NCBI RefSeq assembly: GCF_018977255.1
Contig: NW_024704742.1
Span: 73,286,001 to 73,350,000, forward strand
Source: Callorhinchus milii
Lineage: Eukaryota
Length of the DNA: 64,000 nt
Reading direction: 5' to 3'
The notes below the pieces were generated by a model. That model saw only the letters and a list, made by a program, of their open reading frames with translations, was not told the origin of the DNA and ran no database searches. Shown piece by piece: positions 38,876 through 50,931 of the stretch (position 1 is its first letter; each line of letters opens with the position of its first letter). The translations under genes were made by a program, and so were the position numbers.

Positions 38876-41430
38876 TTGTAAAAGTATTATTATTATATTG
38901 GAATGTTTTCTGATGATTTATTTTTCTGTCTAATTTGTGGCTTTTCAAAATCTCTACTGTCCCAGTTGAGTCCTCACAATTCCATGTTGTATATACCTGC
39001 TCCTCACTTTACAGTATATTCTGTGCAGCGCTTTGAGATGTTTTGAAGACATGATAAGGTACTATGTCAAATGCAAGGATTATTATTATTACCTGATGTA
39101 CACCTTGAACGCACAACTGTCTGAGACCAGAGATGAGATTTCTTCCAAATGAGCCAGCAACATTCTTTTTATTTTAAGATCTCTATGTAAAGAAAGCTGA
39201 GAGTTGGGAATATTAGTACAGCATTAATAACGGTGAACTGACCAAACAGGTTATCTGTAGGAAGATGATATTTGTATCTTTACATTTGTTTATAATGTAC
39301 TTGGAGATGAGTTTCAAGCCACTTGTAAATCTTAATGGGTATGTAATTTGAATCAGTTAGATACAGCTCATTCAAGACAATCCATAGTGCTTTTTTAACT
39401 AATAAACTCCCCAGCTTTCCTTTCTCCCTCACATCTGGTCCCTCACCAAGACCACTTTCCTTTACCTCTGCCACACCGCCCGCTTCTGTCCTGTTCTCAT
39501 ACCAAATGCTGCTGAAACACTCATTCGCACCTTTATCACATATTGCTTAGACTTTTCCAACATACTCCTTGCTGAAGTCTTATTCAAAGGATGGCACATC
39601 TGACATTGCACACAGCAGCCCCCCACATTACATTGGAGTGTCACCTTAGACTGTATGATTTTCAAGGCCTGACACAGGGCTTGAATCCATAACTTCCTTT
39701 ATTACTTACTCTGACAATTCACATCTATTGTATGCTGCTCGGAATCATTCCTTGGCTCCATTTTGAAGATGCAACATTTTGGTGCCGTGTTGCTGAAATT
39801 GTCACTTTTCCTTGCTGCCAAGACTCTCCTGACCAATGTTTGATGCAGACATTTCTTTCTCTTTGCATTTGTCACAGTTAGCACAGTCTCCAGAAGTTTA
39901 AACCACAGCTTATAAATTGCAGGTTGAAACGATTAGACATCTCCACATCTTACTATAACTTCAACATAGTTCCCATCAATTCACGGGGTACAATATCCAG
40001 GATATTGTACTTGGACTTCCAACTTGATTAAATAGGATCCAACCTGTAGTCCTAAATAAAATAAGAATGCGAAAAAGAGAAGCTTTGATTAATACTTTGA
40101 AAAAGTTCACAACAAGGAGGCTACACAGGATAACTAATATTATAATGATATCCAAATAATAAATTATTGTAATGTCAGTAGCGGGAAACACCATTACTGT
40201 TCCATGGGATGTTATTAATGTTTATCAAATTATTAATAAACATTAAAAGGCAAAAAATATATACAGTGCAGTATAACCCTGTTAAAACTACTTAATTATA
40301 ACTTTGGTTCGAAGTGTGGACTTTGATATTTCCTTATCAATAATTTGAAAGTGAATGCAGAAATCCAGCTTCAAAAGCATTTATTATCATAATATTAATA
40401 ATCCATTAATTTGGTATAACAACAATACCAACTTGCATTTATATAGTGCTTTTCATGCAGGATAGTGTCTTGGAGTGCTTCACAATGGCAGGATTGGATG
40501 CTGAGCAAGGGAGAATAAGGATATGGAGTTGACCATAAAGCCTGTCAACATGTCTTAAAATGCTTCACAGCATTTACTGTGAAAGTAGTGACAGCATATT
40601 TGTAGCTAATGCATGTACAGTGAATGTGGGAGGACTGAGCACCTATCTCATCTTGTTATAACCCTGGTTTTGAAGGTTGGATTTCCATAGAGTAGAATGG
40701 CTGAAAATTCACCTGCCAATGGTGGATCAGGTACGGTGAGAACATAAAGCAGTCTACAGTGTTTGCTGAACGAAAGGAGTGGGCCAAACGGTAGGGTTGT
40801 AGGAGGCTGCAGAGATCGGGCGGGGTCCGAGGCTATGGGGGGATTTAAAGGTGACAACGAGGAACTAGAACTCAATCCACTGGGAGATAGGGAGCCAATG
40901 GAGCAGGGAGAAGTGAAGATACTGGAACAGGTAGGAATGAAATCAGGAAAGGACTGAACAATGAAGCTAGGAGCCACGATTCATTCTAGCCCCTTGGAGA
41001 CGAAGCGCAGGTTGTTAGTTGTATGTTGTTGGTTCAATCCAAATTCAGGATTTTGAACTCACTCCAATATAGTGTTGGGGGGAGTGCGGCATATTCGGAG
41101 ACACCATGCTTTAGATCAAATACTAATCCTGTCTGCTTGTTCAGGTGGACATTCAAGTTCCAAGGCACTGTTCGAAAAGAGAAGAGAATTTCTCCTAGGA
41201 AACAGATGAAATTGAACAAATTCACTGGGAAGAGTCCATAACCCTGAATTAATGCAAAAAATTGCTTGATGTTGTAATGGATAAAAAGTGAGGAGGTCAT
41301 TACGGAGGAATGAGGACAAAGGTTGTGGGGCCTTCTTTATCAGCATTCATCCCATATCTGCATTGATAAAGTGGTGTAAGATTGTTGAAATTTACTGCTA
41401 TTGATCATACAATCTCATTGTTCTTTTCAG

Positions 41431-41474
41431 AGTTAAATGAGGAAGTGGCTGCTGTCAATGGGGAACCAAGTCAG
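41431..41474 (+). CDS. CLTA: Clathrin light chain coding exon 2
   Basis: ttcttttcag acceptor, GTAAGC donor; 44 nt restores phase; (E)LNEEVAAVNGEPSQ resembles the short ...NGE..Q exon of CLTA/CLTB. Confidence 0.82.
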
Positions 41475-42599
41475 GTAAGCTACACATTGATGTGCCTCTA
41501 CTGTATTTTTTCCTGAAATCATAACCAATAAAACTACAATAAGAATAATATCCTTGAATTCGTATAATGCCTTATGCCATGGAGTCCTGTTGACAAGATG
41601 GGGAGACTGGCAAGGAGTGCATTGTAGAAATCAAGGCTGGAGGTGACAAAAACATGAAAGCATGAATGAGAACTTCAGCTGAAGTAAGAAGACAGGCAAT
41701 GTAGTGGAGGTGGAGTGAGACAGTTAAGGTCAGGGACCAGATGTGAGATAGTAAGGCTAACTGGGGATTGAACCTAACCCCAAGATTGTTTACGGGTTTG
41801 GTGAGGTTTAGGGATAGGCAGGTAAAGGTAAGGAGTTAAGAACGATAAAAAATGTAAATGATAAGATTTAGCGTTTAATATTTAGAAATGTAAGGAAACA
41901 TTCAATGAAGAAATGCCCTTCAAAACTATGTCTTGCAAAGCTTGTAAATGTAGTGCATGAGTGCTTCCTGACTCAGTGTGTCAGGGAGCCCAGACCTTTC
42001 CTTTCTTGACTTTGTTTCAGTCAATGACCAAGGCACAGTTCAGAGACAAGGATTGGTTGATCCACCAGGTGGCAGGGACCACAGCTCAATAACATTCAGT
42101 TTGACTTTGGAGCAGAAGCACGTAACCAAACTCATGCACAACTTTAGGTGGGCAAACCTCAGGGATATGAGACCTGAGCTAATGTAGACTGGGCTCGTTT
42201 ACTACACGTAAAATGGATCAATAGGAAATTATAAAGCGAGATAAAGAAAAAAAAGGAACATTTATAAAGTTTGTAGGGAGAAAAGAGAGGGTCATCTGAA
42301 TACAAGACTTTAGAGAAAGAGGTCCATGCTAATCCATGCCTTCATTATGTCTAGGCTTGCTTGACAGGGCCAACTCTCTGCTCGATGCTGCCAGAGAGGC
42401 GATACGGTCACCTGACTTTCTCAGGTGGTTGTGAAGACTGGTTCAGATCCAGAATGTCCCTTGACAATTCGGGGCCTAGAAGAGTTTGGGGCTATTCTGC
42501 GGGGACAGCCCGCATTCCCGAAGAGGAAAATTTGGGTCAATTTGGTTAATGGGGGTGAACAGGCCTAACCTCGCTCACCAAGAAAGAAAAAACTGCTCA

Positions 42600-43130
42600 A
42601 CGGACTTCCCAAACTTTCCCTCCACAACCTGCAGATTATTCAGAACTCTGCAGCTCATGTCCTCTCCCATGCCAAGCTCCATGAGCCTATTACCTCTATA
42701 CTTGCCGGGCTTTACTGGCTCCTCCATTCCTCAGAGAATTGAATTCAAGATCCTCGTCCTCACTTTTAAATCCCTCCACAGTCTTGCCTCACCCACCATC
42801 TGTGACCTCCTCAAACCATATCAACCCGACTGCAACCTTTACGCAGCAGGCACTGGCTTGAATCATGTTCCCCACCCTGCTTGTCCCATAATCGGTGGTG
42901 GGGCTTTTAGCATTTTTGCCCTCACTCTCTGGAACTCCATCCTAGAGTCCCTCTGACCTGTCCCCTCCCTCACCTTTTTTAAGGTCATTCTCAAGATCTT
43001 CCTCTTTGGCCATGCCTTTGGTCATCTTCCCGCTCCCCTCTTGGCTCCCAACCCCAGCTAGTCTGCCAAGCCAGGACTGTCAAGAGCCTTGGGACATCCG
43101 CCTGATTTGAAAGGTGGAAAAATGTAAATT
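42600..43130 (+). mobile_element. L2 3' fragment
   Basis: IPQRIEFKILVLTFKSLH and L2 tail. Confidence 0.85.
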
Positions 43131-44024
43131 TATGGTGTATTGGGGGTCATTCCACATTTCAACAACTCTCTATCTGAAAAAGTAATCTCTGAAGCTCTTC
43201 TTGTGAGTATCTTTTATCTACGACCCCAATTACTAGCCTCCCGACCATCACCTGCTAATGAGCGAATGCACGGATGCCCTCAATGAACAGTTTGAGGTTA
43301 AAAGGATGAGCAGAGATGGTCAAATGAAGCAAAAACTTTCTTAAGCATTGAATTTCCTCATTCTCCAGACTTTAGCTTCAAACATAAAAATTGAAAAAAC
43401 TTTAATGAAAGTGAGAGAAACTTTTAGAGGATAAATAGTGAAGATTCCACACACATACTCCATTGTGAACAACCACAAGAATGATCCAATCACAAGAGTC
43501 TAAAATGTGCCCATAAATAAATTCGCATTCGTGGAAGTTATGTGAAAAGTAATAGGCATTTCATAAGAGATGCAAATGCACTCCAAACCCACAGCAGTCA
43601 TCAAAATCACACAGAAAATTGATGCTTTTATTTAGTGCCCTTATAACCATGTGGAAGAGTTCATGTAAGGATTTCAAACTCATGTAGTCTTTGCTGACCA
43701 TGCCAATGCGGCACTGGGGGAGTGCTGCAACGCCGGTAGTGCCATCCTTCGTACAAGACATTTAACCGAGGCTCCATATTCCTGCTTAGGTAGGTGCTAA
43801 AAATCCCATGTCAACATTCGAAAAGAGAAGGGTGTCTCATCTGGCGCCTGGCCAAAGACCCCAAGCAAATCATTGTTTTCTCACTTCTTAGTTGTCTTCC
43901 TGGCCCTGCACGCAAACTGGTCGCATTGTTTCCATTCAAATAGAGTTATTAAAATCACATGAAGTAACAACAGCTTGCATTTATATAGTGCCCTCCACGC
44001 TGGGCGGCGTCCCAGAGCATTTAT

Positions 44025-44520
44025 AATAATAATAATCCTTGCATTTGATATAGCGCTTTTCACGTCGGGAGGATGACCCAAAGCGCTTCACAGAACACAC
44101 TGCAAAGTGAATTGACTGTATATTTGTGGGCGAACGCGGCAGCCAATTGCGCACAGCAATGTCCCACAAACAGTCGTAGATTGAAAATGACAAATTTAAT
44201 TATTGTTTTTGGTTTTGTTTTACCAATGGTGGAGCCCAATGCCGAACAGGGGGAGGGGGAAGATGACCATAGGCATGGTTGAAAAGGAAGGTCTTCAGGC
44301 ACAACCTGAAAGTGGAGAAAGAGGGGGCAAGGTGAATCAATTGAGGGAGGGAGTTCCATAGCTTCGGGGCATATTGGCTAAAGGCATGGCGGTGCATGGT
44401 GGAGCAGAGGATTCGAGGGACAAGGAGGAGGCCGGAGCCAGTAGAGTCGAGGCAGCAGGTAGTGCTGTGAGGACAGAGGAGTTTGGAGAGATAGGGGGGT
44501 GCCAAGATGTGGAGGGATTT
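44025..44520 (-). mobile_element. SINE 3' half plus an adjacent L2 3' fragment
   Basis: SINE body and tail at 44025-44220; APPYLS...AFSQYAPKLWNSLP at 44250-44520. Confidence 0.8.
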
Positions 44521-46049
44521 ACTGCCGAAAATCTTATTTTCTCACTCTCATTAAAGTTACTAACTTTGTTCATAGGAGTCAAAATGGCAGGAACAACCAG
44601 TCAGTGTAATGTCGGAGTGAGATAGCAGATAGCTTTGAGAGGAGAGTAGGCTGTCAAACGCTGATAACACCAAGGTAGTCATACATCCCTTTCACAAAAC
44701 TAAGAACGACAACTCTATCCTCCTGTAAACATCTACCAATCCTACTAATTGTTTTCCCCAATCAGAGACATGCACTGGCCGTGGGAGGAAAAGAGTTGCC
44801 AGGCACTGAGGATCAATACGAAAGCTGCTCTGTATCAGAAGCACTGTTATCTTCAAATGAAGAGAAGTCTGGTGCCAGACAAGATAATTCACAATTGATC
44901 AAATGAGCAACATGTGCAAAGCCTGAGTACGTGGCGGGCCTCATTGGGGGATCTAGGGGGAAGAACCCTTAGGCTGTATGGTTTAACTAACCTAGCATTA
45001 AGCAAGGTAGGTAGCAGATCCAGCCAAGTGAAGACGTGCAAGGGCTAATAAAGCTGACTGCTCCAAAACCGGTAGTATAAGTTTGTTACTTTTTAATCTA
45101 TCTGTTTTGTATGTATTACCCTGATCAATAAATCTCTATTACACCTTCACTGGATTGTCGGGTCATGATTCGAACCTGGGGATCGGAAATCCCAACAAAT
45201 TTCTCTCTATCCTTGTCTGCTGGCTTTAAGCATTACTAAAATACTGGAATAGACAAAGTAAATGTTACATAAAATAAATCAGAACAATGAATTCTTAATA
45301 CTATCACTTCTCCTTCTTGAACTGTCACAATGTTTACCTATCGATCCCGTAACCGCATGCTCTACCACACCCGATGCATACAAAACCCGTGCAGTTGCAA
45401 ATGTAGACGCTGTCCTCTGTGCAGGTATTGGCCGCTGTTGTGAAGTAGACGAGTGATTGGGTTGTACTTGTCCACTTATTCCCCCCCGAGCTGAAATTGA
45501 ATGTGAAGACCGGCTTTGTGGGTGGGAGAGTAAGCGAAGTATAAGTCGTCCCAGAAGAAGTCGCTGGAGGGAAAGCGACCTCCGTAGGGTGTAACAAGCC
45601 ATTGTCAGCATCTTAAGGAACTAAATCACAAAGTGAAAATCTCCCGTTTCTTTAGATACTTTAGTTGGTTAATATGATTGCAGTAAAGTTGGTGACCATC
45701 ATGTGAAGTGAGAATAGAAATTTGATCTATTTGTGCGACTGCCTCAAACTACTTGCACTACTAGCTTTACCAGGGATTCAATTGTAGTTTGGACATGATC
45801 ATTAGCTGCAAAAACAGTTTCACTTTATTTGGAAACCAAAGGGTAAGCTCTCTGAGCAGCCTTTGCTGATCAGCATGAAGCAGTGAGTGTCCGTTTGTTT
45901 ACCCAAACCAGAGTGCGAGCAGTCAGTGAATTGAAACTGCGGCTACAGTAAGTGATGTTTAAAGTTGCTGTGCTGTATAAATTTATTTTCTCATGTTTTT
46001 TTTCAATTAACCCATCCTACTCTCTCTCTCTTGACTTTTGTTAGTCTCT

Positions 46050-46797
46050 TTATTTAAGAGAACAACGTTTTGACCTTCCTGACTCCTCACAAGTATCAAG
46101 CAGACTAAACTGTTTGAGGGCTTTCAGATTAGCCATTAAGTCATCTCCCTGTTTGGTCTGGAGGCATATCAGTGAGGCACAAGGATCTATATGTTGCTCA
46201 ATCAATTGTCTCGTTGCCTTTAATTCCTTCTGTAATCTTTCAAATTCAGAAGTAACCATTTGTCCCAATATTTCTTCCAAATTTGACTCTTTATTATCTT
46301 TCTTAGTTTCACCTTTACAATCCTTCGTTATTGGTAGTTTTGTCATTGGATTTGAGTTCATCCCTTTACCTTCTTTTACCTGCAGAATTAATTTGTCCTG
46401 TTTTGTCTTTTAAACCTTGTGGTGAACCCTTGTTCTCCTGCACTTTTTCATTTTTTTTTGCCACTAAGACTGCTAGTTGTGCTTTAAGTCTGTCCACTTC
46501 TTCATCTTTCTCATGTTTAATTCTATCAATTTCTTTTCTTGCTTCATCTCGTTCTGAGTTAAACTTCTCAGATTTGTGTTTAGCTCGTTCTAACATCTCT
46601 CTTATACATTTAAGTTGTTCCTCCAACTGCAGTACCTTTTTGTGACACTGTATATGTGACACAGGCTCACCCTGTCTAGATTCCCTGGCCATAGCTGCCT
46701 GTGGTTTTACAGTAGCTTTTAAGGGTAAGGAACTGGAGGTTTTACTGATTTGAGGACTGCTTCCAGTCGCCTGCTGGAGAGTTACTAATGCAATCAA
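46050..46797 (-). pseudogene. Coiled-coil-rich ORF of unknown function inside the LTR element (two ORFs joinable by one frameshift near 46365)
   Basis: E/K-rich heptads LQLEEQLKCIREMLERAK...EVDRLKAQLAVL and FERLQKELKATRQLIE. Confidence 0.45.
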
Positions 46798-46884
46798 TCC
46801 AATTTTTGGTCCGTGGGTGAAGGTTTAGAGGTAACATAAGGGAAATTTTCAATTTGATTTAGATCCTGGTTGTGGCTCGCTCAG

Positions 46885-47600
46885 ACAATCACAAGCAAAG
46901 TGCCCTCTACCCTACATTCATAGAATTCGCTAGAGGCATTACTCCAATTACTACCCCTCCTCCTTGTCCTCCGTAAGGTCTGCCTCTTCCCCTAATAGTC
47001 CACTAATTTGGGAAGGGTCCCTCGACCTCACAGACTTCTTTCTTTACCTTACTCAGTCCGGGATCAGCCTGCACGAGCTGAGACTGCCTCCACGCCTGCA
47101 TGACTTTATCTATTATTTTCCCCCATGGAGTGTCTCCGTTCACAGCTACTCCTAAAGCTGTCTTAACCCAGGGTTGTAATTTTAATTTTTGTAGTTGGCA
47201 ATATCCCAGAATACGGTCGTGACAGGAGTAGTGGCCTGAGAAAGCTCATGTAAACTATTTTACCTCTGTTCGCCAATCTTTGGATTTTCTCTCTTCTGCT
47301 GCTCGCACTTCCCAATTTGAGCATGTACATCAAAACTTGCTACCCCGAGTATCGCCTTAATGGCATCAACCGTTCTTTGTGCTGTTGTAGCTGCACCAAA
47401 TATCGGCGCTCCCATTGTCCCTTAACCTTTAAAACTGTTGCCATCAAAACCACTCTTTTCGTATCCTGATCACTCAACTCAGGATGGCTTTGTACAAAAA
47501 TGTTCTAAGTCGTACTGAGTTTGAATGACTCCCAGTTCCTGGGCTACAGCCTCACACTCGGGGTCAGTAAGCGGGCAATTCTCCTCATAACTAGCAGTTA
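46885..47600 (-). pseudogene. Frameshifted gag remnant (capsid, RG-rich region, CCHC zinc knuckle)
   Basis: Manual translation across frameshifts gives MHR-like CEQQKRENP..LANR, then LQPWVKTALG, RGRGRPYGGQGGG and a decayed knuckle FYECRVEG/HFACDC at 46885-46925. Confidence 0.7.
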
Positions 47601-48545
47601 CCCCCCTCGAGGGTTAGTACGCGTAGTTCGATAAACCACCTCTACCAGTCCCATTGCACCACTCAGGGATCCTTAATCAATTTGTTGGGATTTCCGAGCC
47701 CCAGGTTCAAATCATGACCCGACAATCCAATAAAGGTGTAATAGAGATTTATTGATCAGAGTAATACATACAAAAAAGATAGATTAAAAAGTATCAAACT
47801 TATACTACCGGTTTTGGAGCAGTCAGCTTTATCAGCCCCTGCACGTCTTCACTTGGCTGGATCTGCTACTTACCTTGCTTAATGCTAGGTTAGTTAAACC
47901 ATACAGCCTAAGGGTTCTTCCCCTTAGTTCCGCCAATCAGAGGCCGGCCACGTACTCAGGCATTGCACACGTTGCTCATTTGATCAATTGTGAATTATCA
48001 TGTTTGCGCTGTATGGCTGGCACCAGACTTCTTCTATTTCGAATACCCATAGTATAAGTTTGTTACCTTTTAATCCATCTGTTTTGTAATTATTATCCTG
48101 ATCAATAAATCTCTATTACACCTTTTTTGGATTGTCGGGTCATTATTCAAACCTGTGGATCGGAAATCCCAACAGTACCATCACTATAAATGATTATGAT
48201 AAGGTACATATCATTTGCAAGGACCATAATTATTATTATTACAACAACTCTTGAAATGTGTTTAAATTGTCTTGATTTTTTTACATTAAATTTCACAACT
48301 AATTTCATGATTAAAACCAACTCTATTTTTAAAAATAATCCTTGATTTTGATACAGTGACCTTCAAAGGATTCATGTAAAGTGACTGTGGCTATGCACCT
48401 TATGGGGCAGGGAACCGGTGCACAGCAACACCCAAAAAATAGCCATGAAATATCTTGTACTTGCTCTCATGTTTCCATTGTTTTGGGTGTAGTTGTTGTG
48501 AGACAGAAAGGATTACCTTTTGAAAACAATTGTGTATGTATGGTT

Positions 48546-49354
48546 TGTTGGGATTTCCGATCCCGTAGTTCGATATATGACCCGACAATCCAAATATGGT
48601 GTAGCAAGGTTTATTATGAACAGAGTGAACATAACATGCATTAACAAGTTACTACAAATGTCTAACAAATTATACTACCAGTCTTTGAAGACAGTCACAC
48701 AACGTCATGGAACACCTTCCTTGTGATTCTTAGATTTCACCACACTGGTCTCTCTCTCTCTCTGGAGCCTTCCTGTTCTTCTAACCGTTCTCACCTAGAG
48801 TGCCATATTATACCCTTTCTCCAAGTGTCCTTCCTAAGGCCCCTCTACCCACTTCTGATACAGTCACGTACTCAGGTTAATCTGAGTCTCCACGAGGTCT
48901 TCCCTTTGTCCTATATGAGATAGGAGATCGATCAGTTTAGGGCTATATCTGGTGCTTGTTATTTTGTTGTGTGGGATCATTAGTATATTCCTTTTAAGTG
49001 ACTGGTTATTTCTTATCAGTATCCTGGGATGGTACCGAGGTCCTCTGGTTTAAACAACTTGCTCGTTAGCTGCTATTCTTGAGGGTTGCCTTCTGTCGGT
49101 TGGCCCTGTCAGAATCTAGCAACTTATTGCTCAGTCAAGATCCTGTGTCGACCGGTACCTTGGACCGTTACCTCTGTGGGCTTCTTGTTATTTATGATAA
49201 GAGGTGACCTTCTGCCCTTTTCCAAAGCTGTCTTGTTATTCTTTCAGAAACAGAGAAAACCAGATGTGTCCTATCCCATGACTGTCAGTACTTTCTCCAT
49301 TCTACATTTGTTTAATGTTCATTATTATTAGACTACAACTTCTATAATCTAACA
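48546..49354 (-). mobile_element. Solo LTR (809 bp), related at its U5 end to the 44852-48174 repeats
   Basis: TGTT...AACA termini, TSD GGTT on both sides, AATAAA on the minus strand near 48612. Confidence 0.88.
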
Positions 49355-50669
49355 GGTTGAACTAAATTAACCATTCATGAAATTAAGCAAAGGGTTGATT
49401 GCAGCATCTGATTTGTACATTTGTATCTCCAGGATAAGTTCCAATCTGTGGTTACAATTTTTCATTGCTATCCCTCGAGTCCAATGTGTGAGTTCACAAA
49501 CCCAGATTTGCTGGATTAATTGGAATTTTCAATTTGCAGTTACTGTTTTTGAAAAATTCAAGAATACAAAATTGTAAATCTTAAAAAAGGATCGGAAACT
49601 CCTGGTCATTTTACCCATTGGCTTTTTATTAGATATCTTCACCCAATAGTTAATTCACTCTAATTCCCTCTTGAGTTTATTTACCAATTTGGCTCCACTG
49701 ACTCCATGGGTCATCTTTCTAAATATTTCCCATTAAATGTAAACCTGAGCTGTCTGTTTGCCTCCCGTCTTCTGAGCTTGATCCTTTGTCCCCATGTTCT
49801 AAATTGTCCATGTTGAACATTAAATAAATTGGATCGCCTTCACCAACTAGTTCAACCATCTACTAAAAGAATTCCAGGAGATTTGTGATTCATGGCTTCT
49901 GAAACCTCTCAGAATTCTGGTGTCCCAATCCTTCAAGCAACTTCTTCAACTTTCAGTCACAAGATGAGTTTGGATAAAGAAGGCCCTATTGTTCTGAGTT
50001 TACTTTTTCAGTAATTTAATTTAATTTTTTATATGCCTTGAGGAGGTCCCCTCTAAGTTGGCATCTCTCAAAACTAAGAACTCTAGCTTGTCTAGTCATT
50101 GCTCATAACTCATTCCTCAGACACTGGAGATCATACCTACAATCCATCTGCCCCAATCTTCTCGTCTTCTCAACAACAATTTTACACTAGAGCACCTTTC
50201 ACATTTGAGGATGTCTCAACCTATTTCACAGAGCAAATGAAAGCCATTGGTAGGGGAGGGTGGGGAGAGCTGGGGAAAGTAGGGAAGAAAGGGGATCAAA
50301 TGCATAGTCAAAAACAAATTTCTTAAGGTAGCCTCTAAAGGGAGGCTGGAAGGTGGTGATATGGAGGGAGGGACTCCAGGATGGAATTTCTAAGAACAGG
50401 AGCTACATTGCTGTAAGATCACTGACCAATATTTGGTTGGGTCAGGTAGGGGGCATGAAGCAGGCAGATGTTTGTTGGGTGGAGAGAATTACCAAGGTGA
50501 TAGGGTTTCACAAGGTTCAGCGAGGAGCTGGGGAGTCTGGCGTGTAGGGTGTTGAAAAAATCTTGCTTAGATGTGATGAAGACATGAATAAGGGCATTGG
50601 CAGCTTGGAGGGAGAAGTAGAGGTAGAGGAGGTGGCTGATGATGCTTAGGTGAGGGAGAGCCTTTTGTG

Positions 50670-50931
50670 GCCAAAACATGGCAGCCAGTTACGAATAGCA
50701 GTATCCCACAAACAGTCGTGGACTGAGTGACCAATTATTATTTTTTTAAGGAATGATTATCCTCAGAAAAGTAATCCACCAATCAACTGACAACCAGTTT
50801 CCTACTTACTACTAGGTAAATAGAGGCATGCGGAGTAAGGAAACTTACCCAACATTTTGCCCTGCTGGGAATCAAACCCAGGCCCTCTAGCTTGCGAGGT
50901 GAGTCCTCTAACCACCGAGCTACAGGACTCC
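50670..50931 (-). mobile_element. tRNA-derived SINE, long variant, tail missing
   Basis: Head and body match the family. Confidence 0.85.

Larger units (their letters stand above)
44852..48174 (-). mobile_element. Rearranged or non-autonomous LTR retroelement with inverted LTR-like repeats enclosing a gag remnant
   Basis: 44852-45201 is the reverse complement of 47679-48040. A 125-bp end ...AATAAA...GGAAATCCCAACA occurs at 45073-45197(+), 47683-47807(-) and 48050-48174(+). The left boundary is uncertain. Confidence 0.8.

Noticed and set aside
45774..45952. Plus-strand micro-exon-like splice signals
   Set aside because: The joined reading hits a stop and resembles neither clathrin light chain nor any protein I recognise.
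44852..48174. DIRS-type retrotransposon interpretation
   Set aside because: No RT, RNase H or tyrosine recombinase was seen; TG...CA ends and a related solo LTR with a 4-bp TSD point to an integrase-type family.
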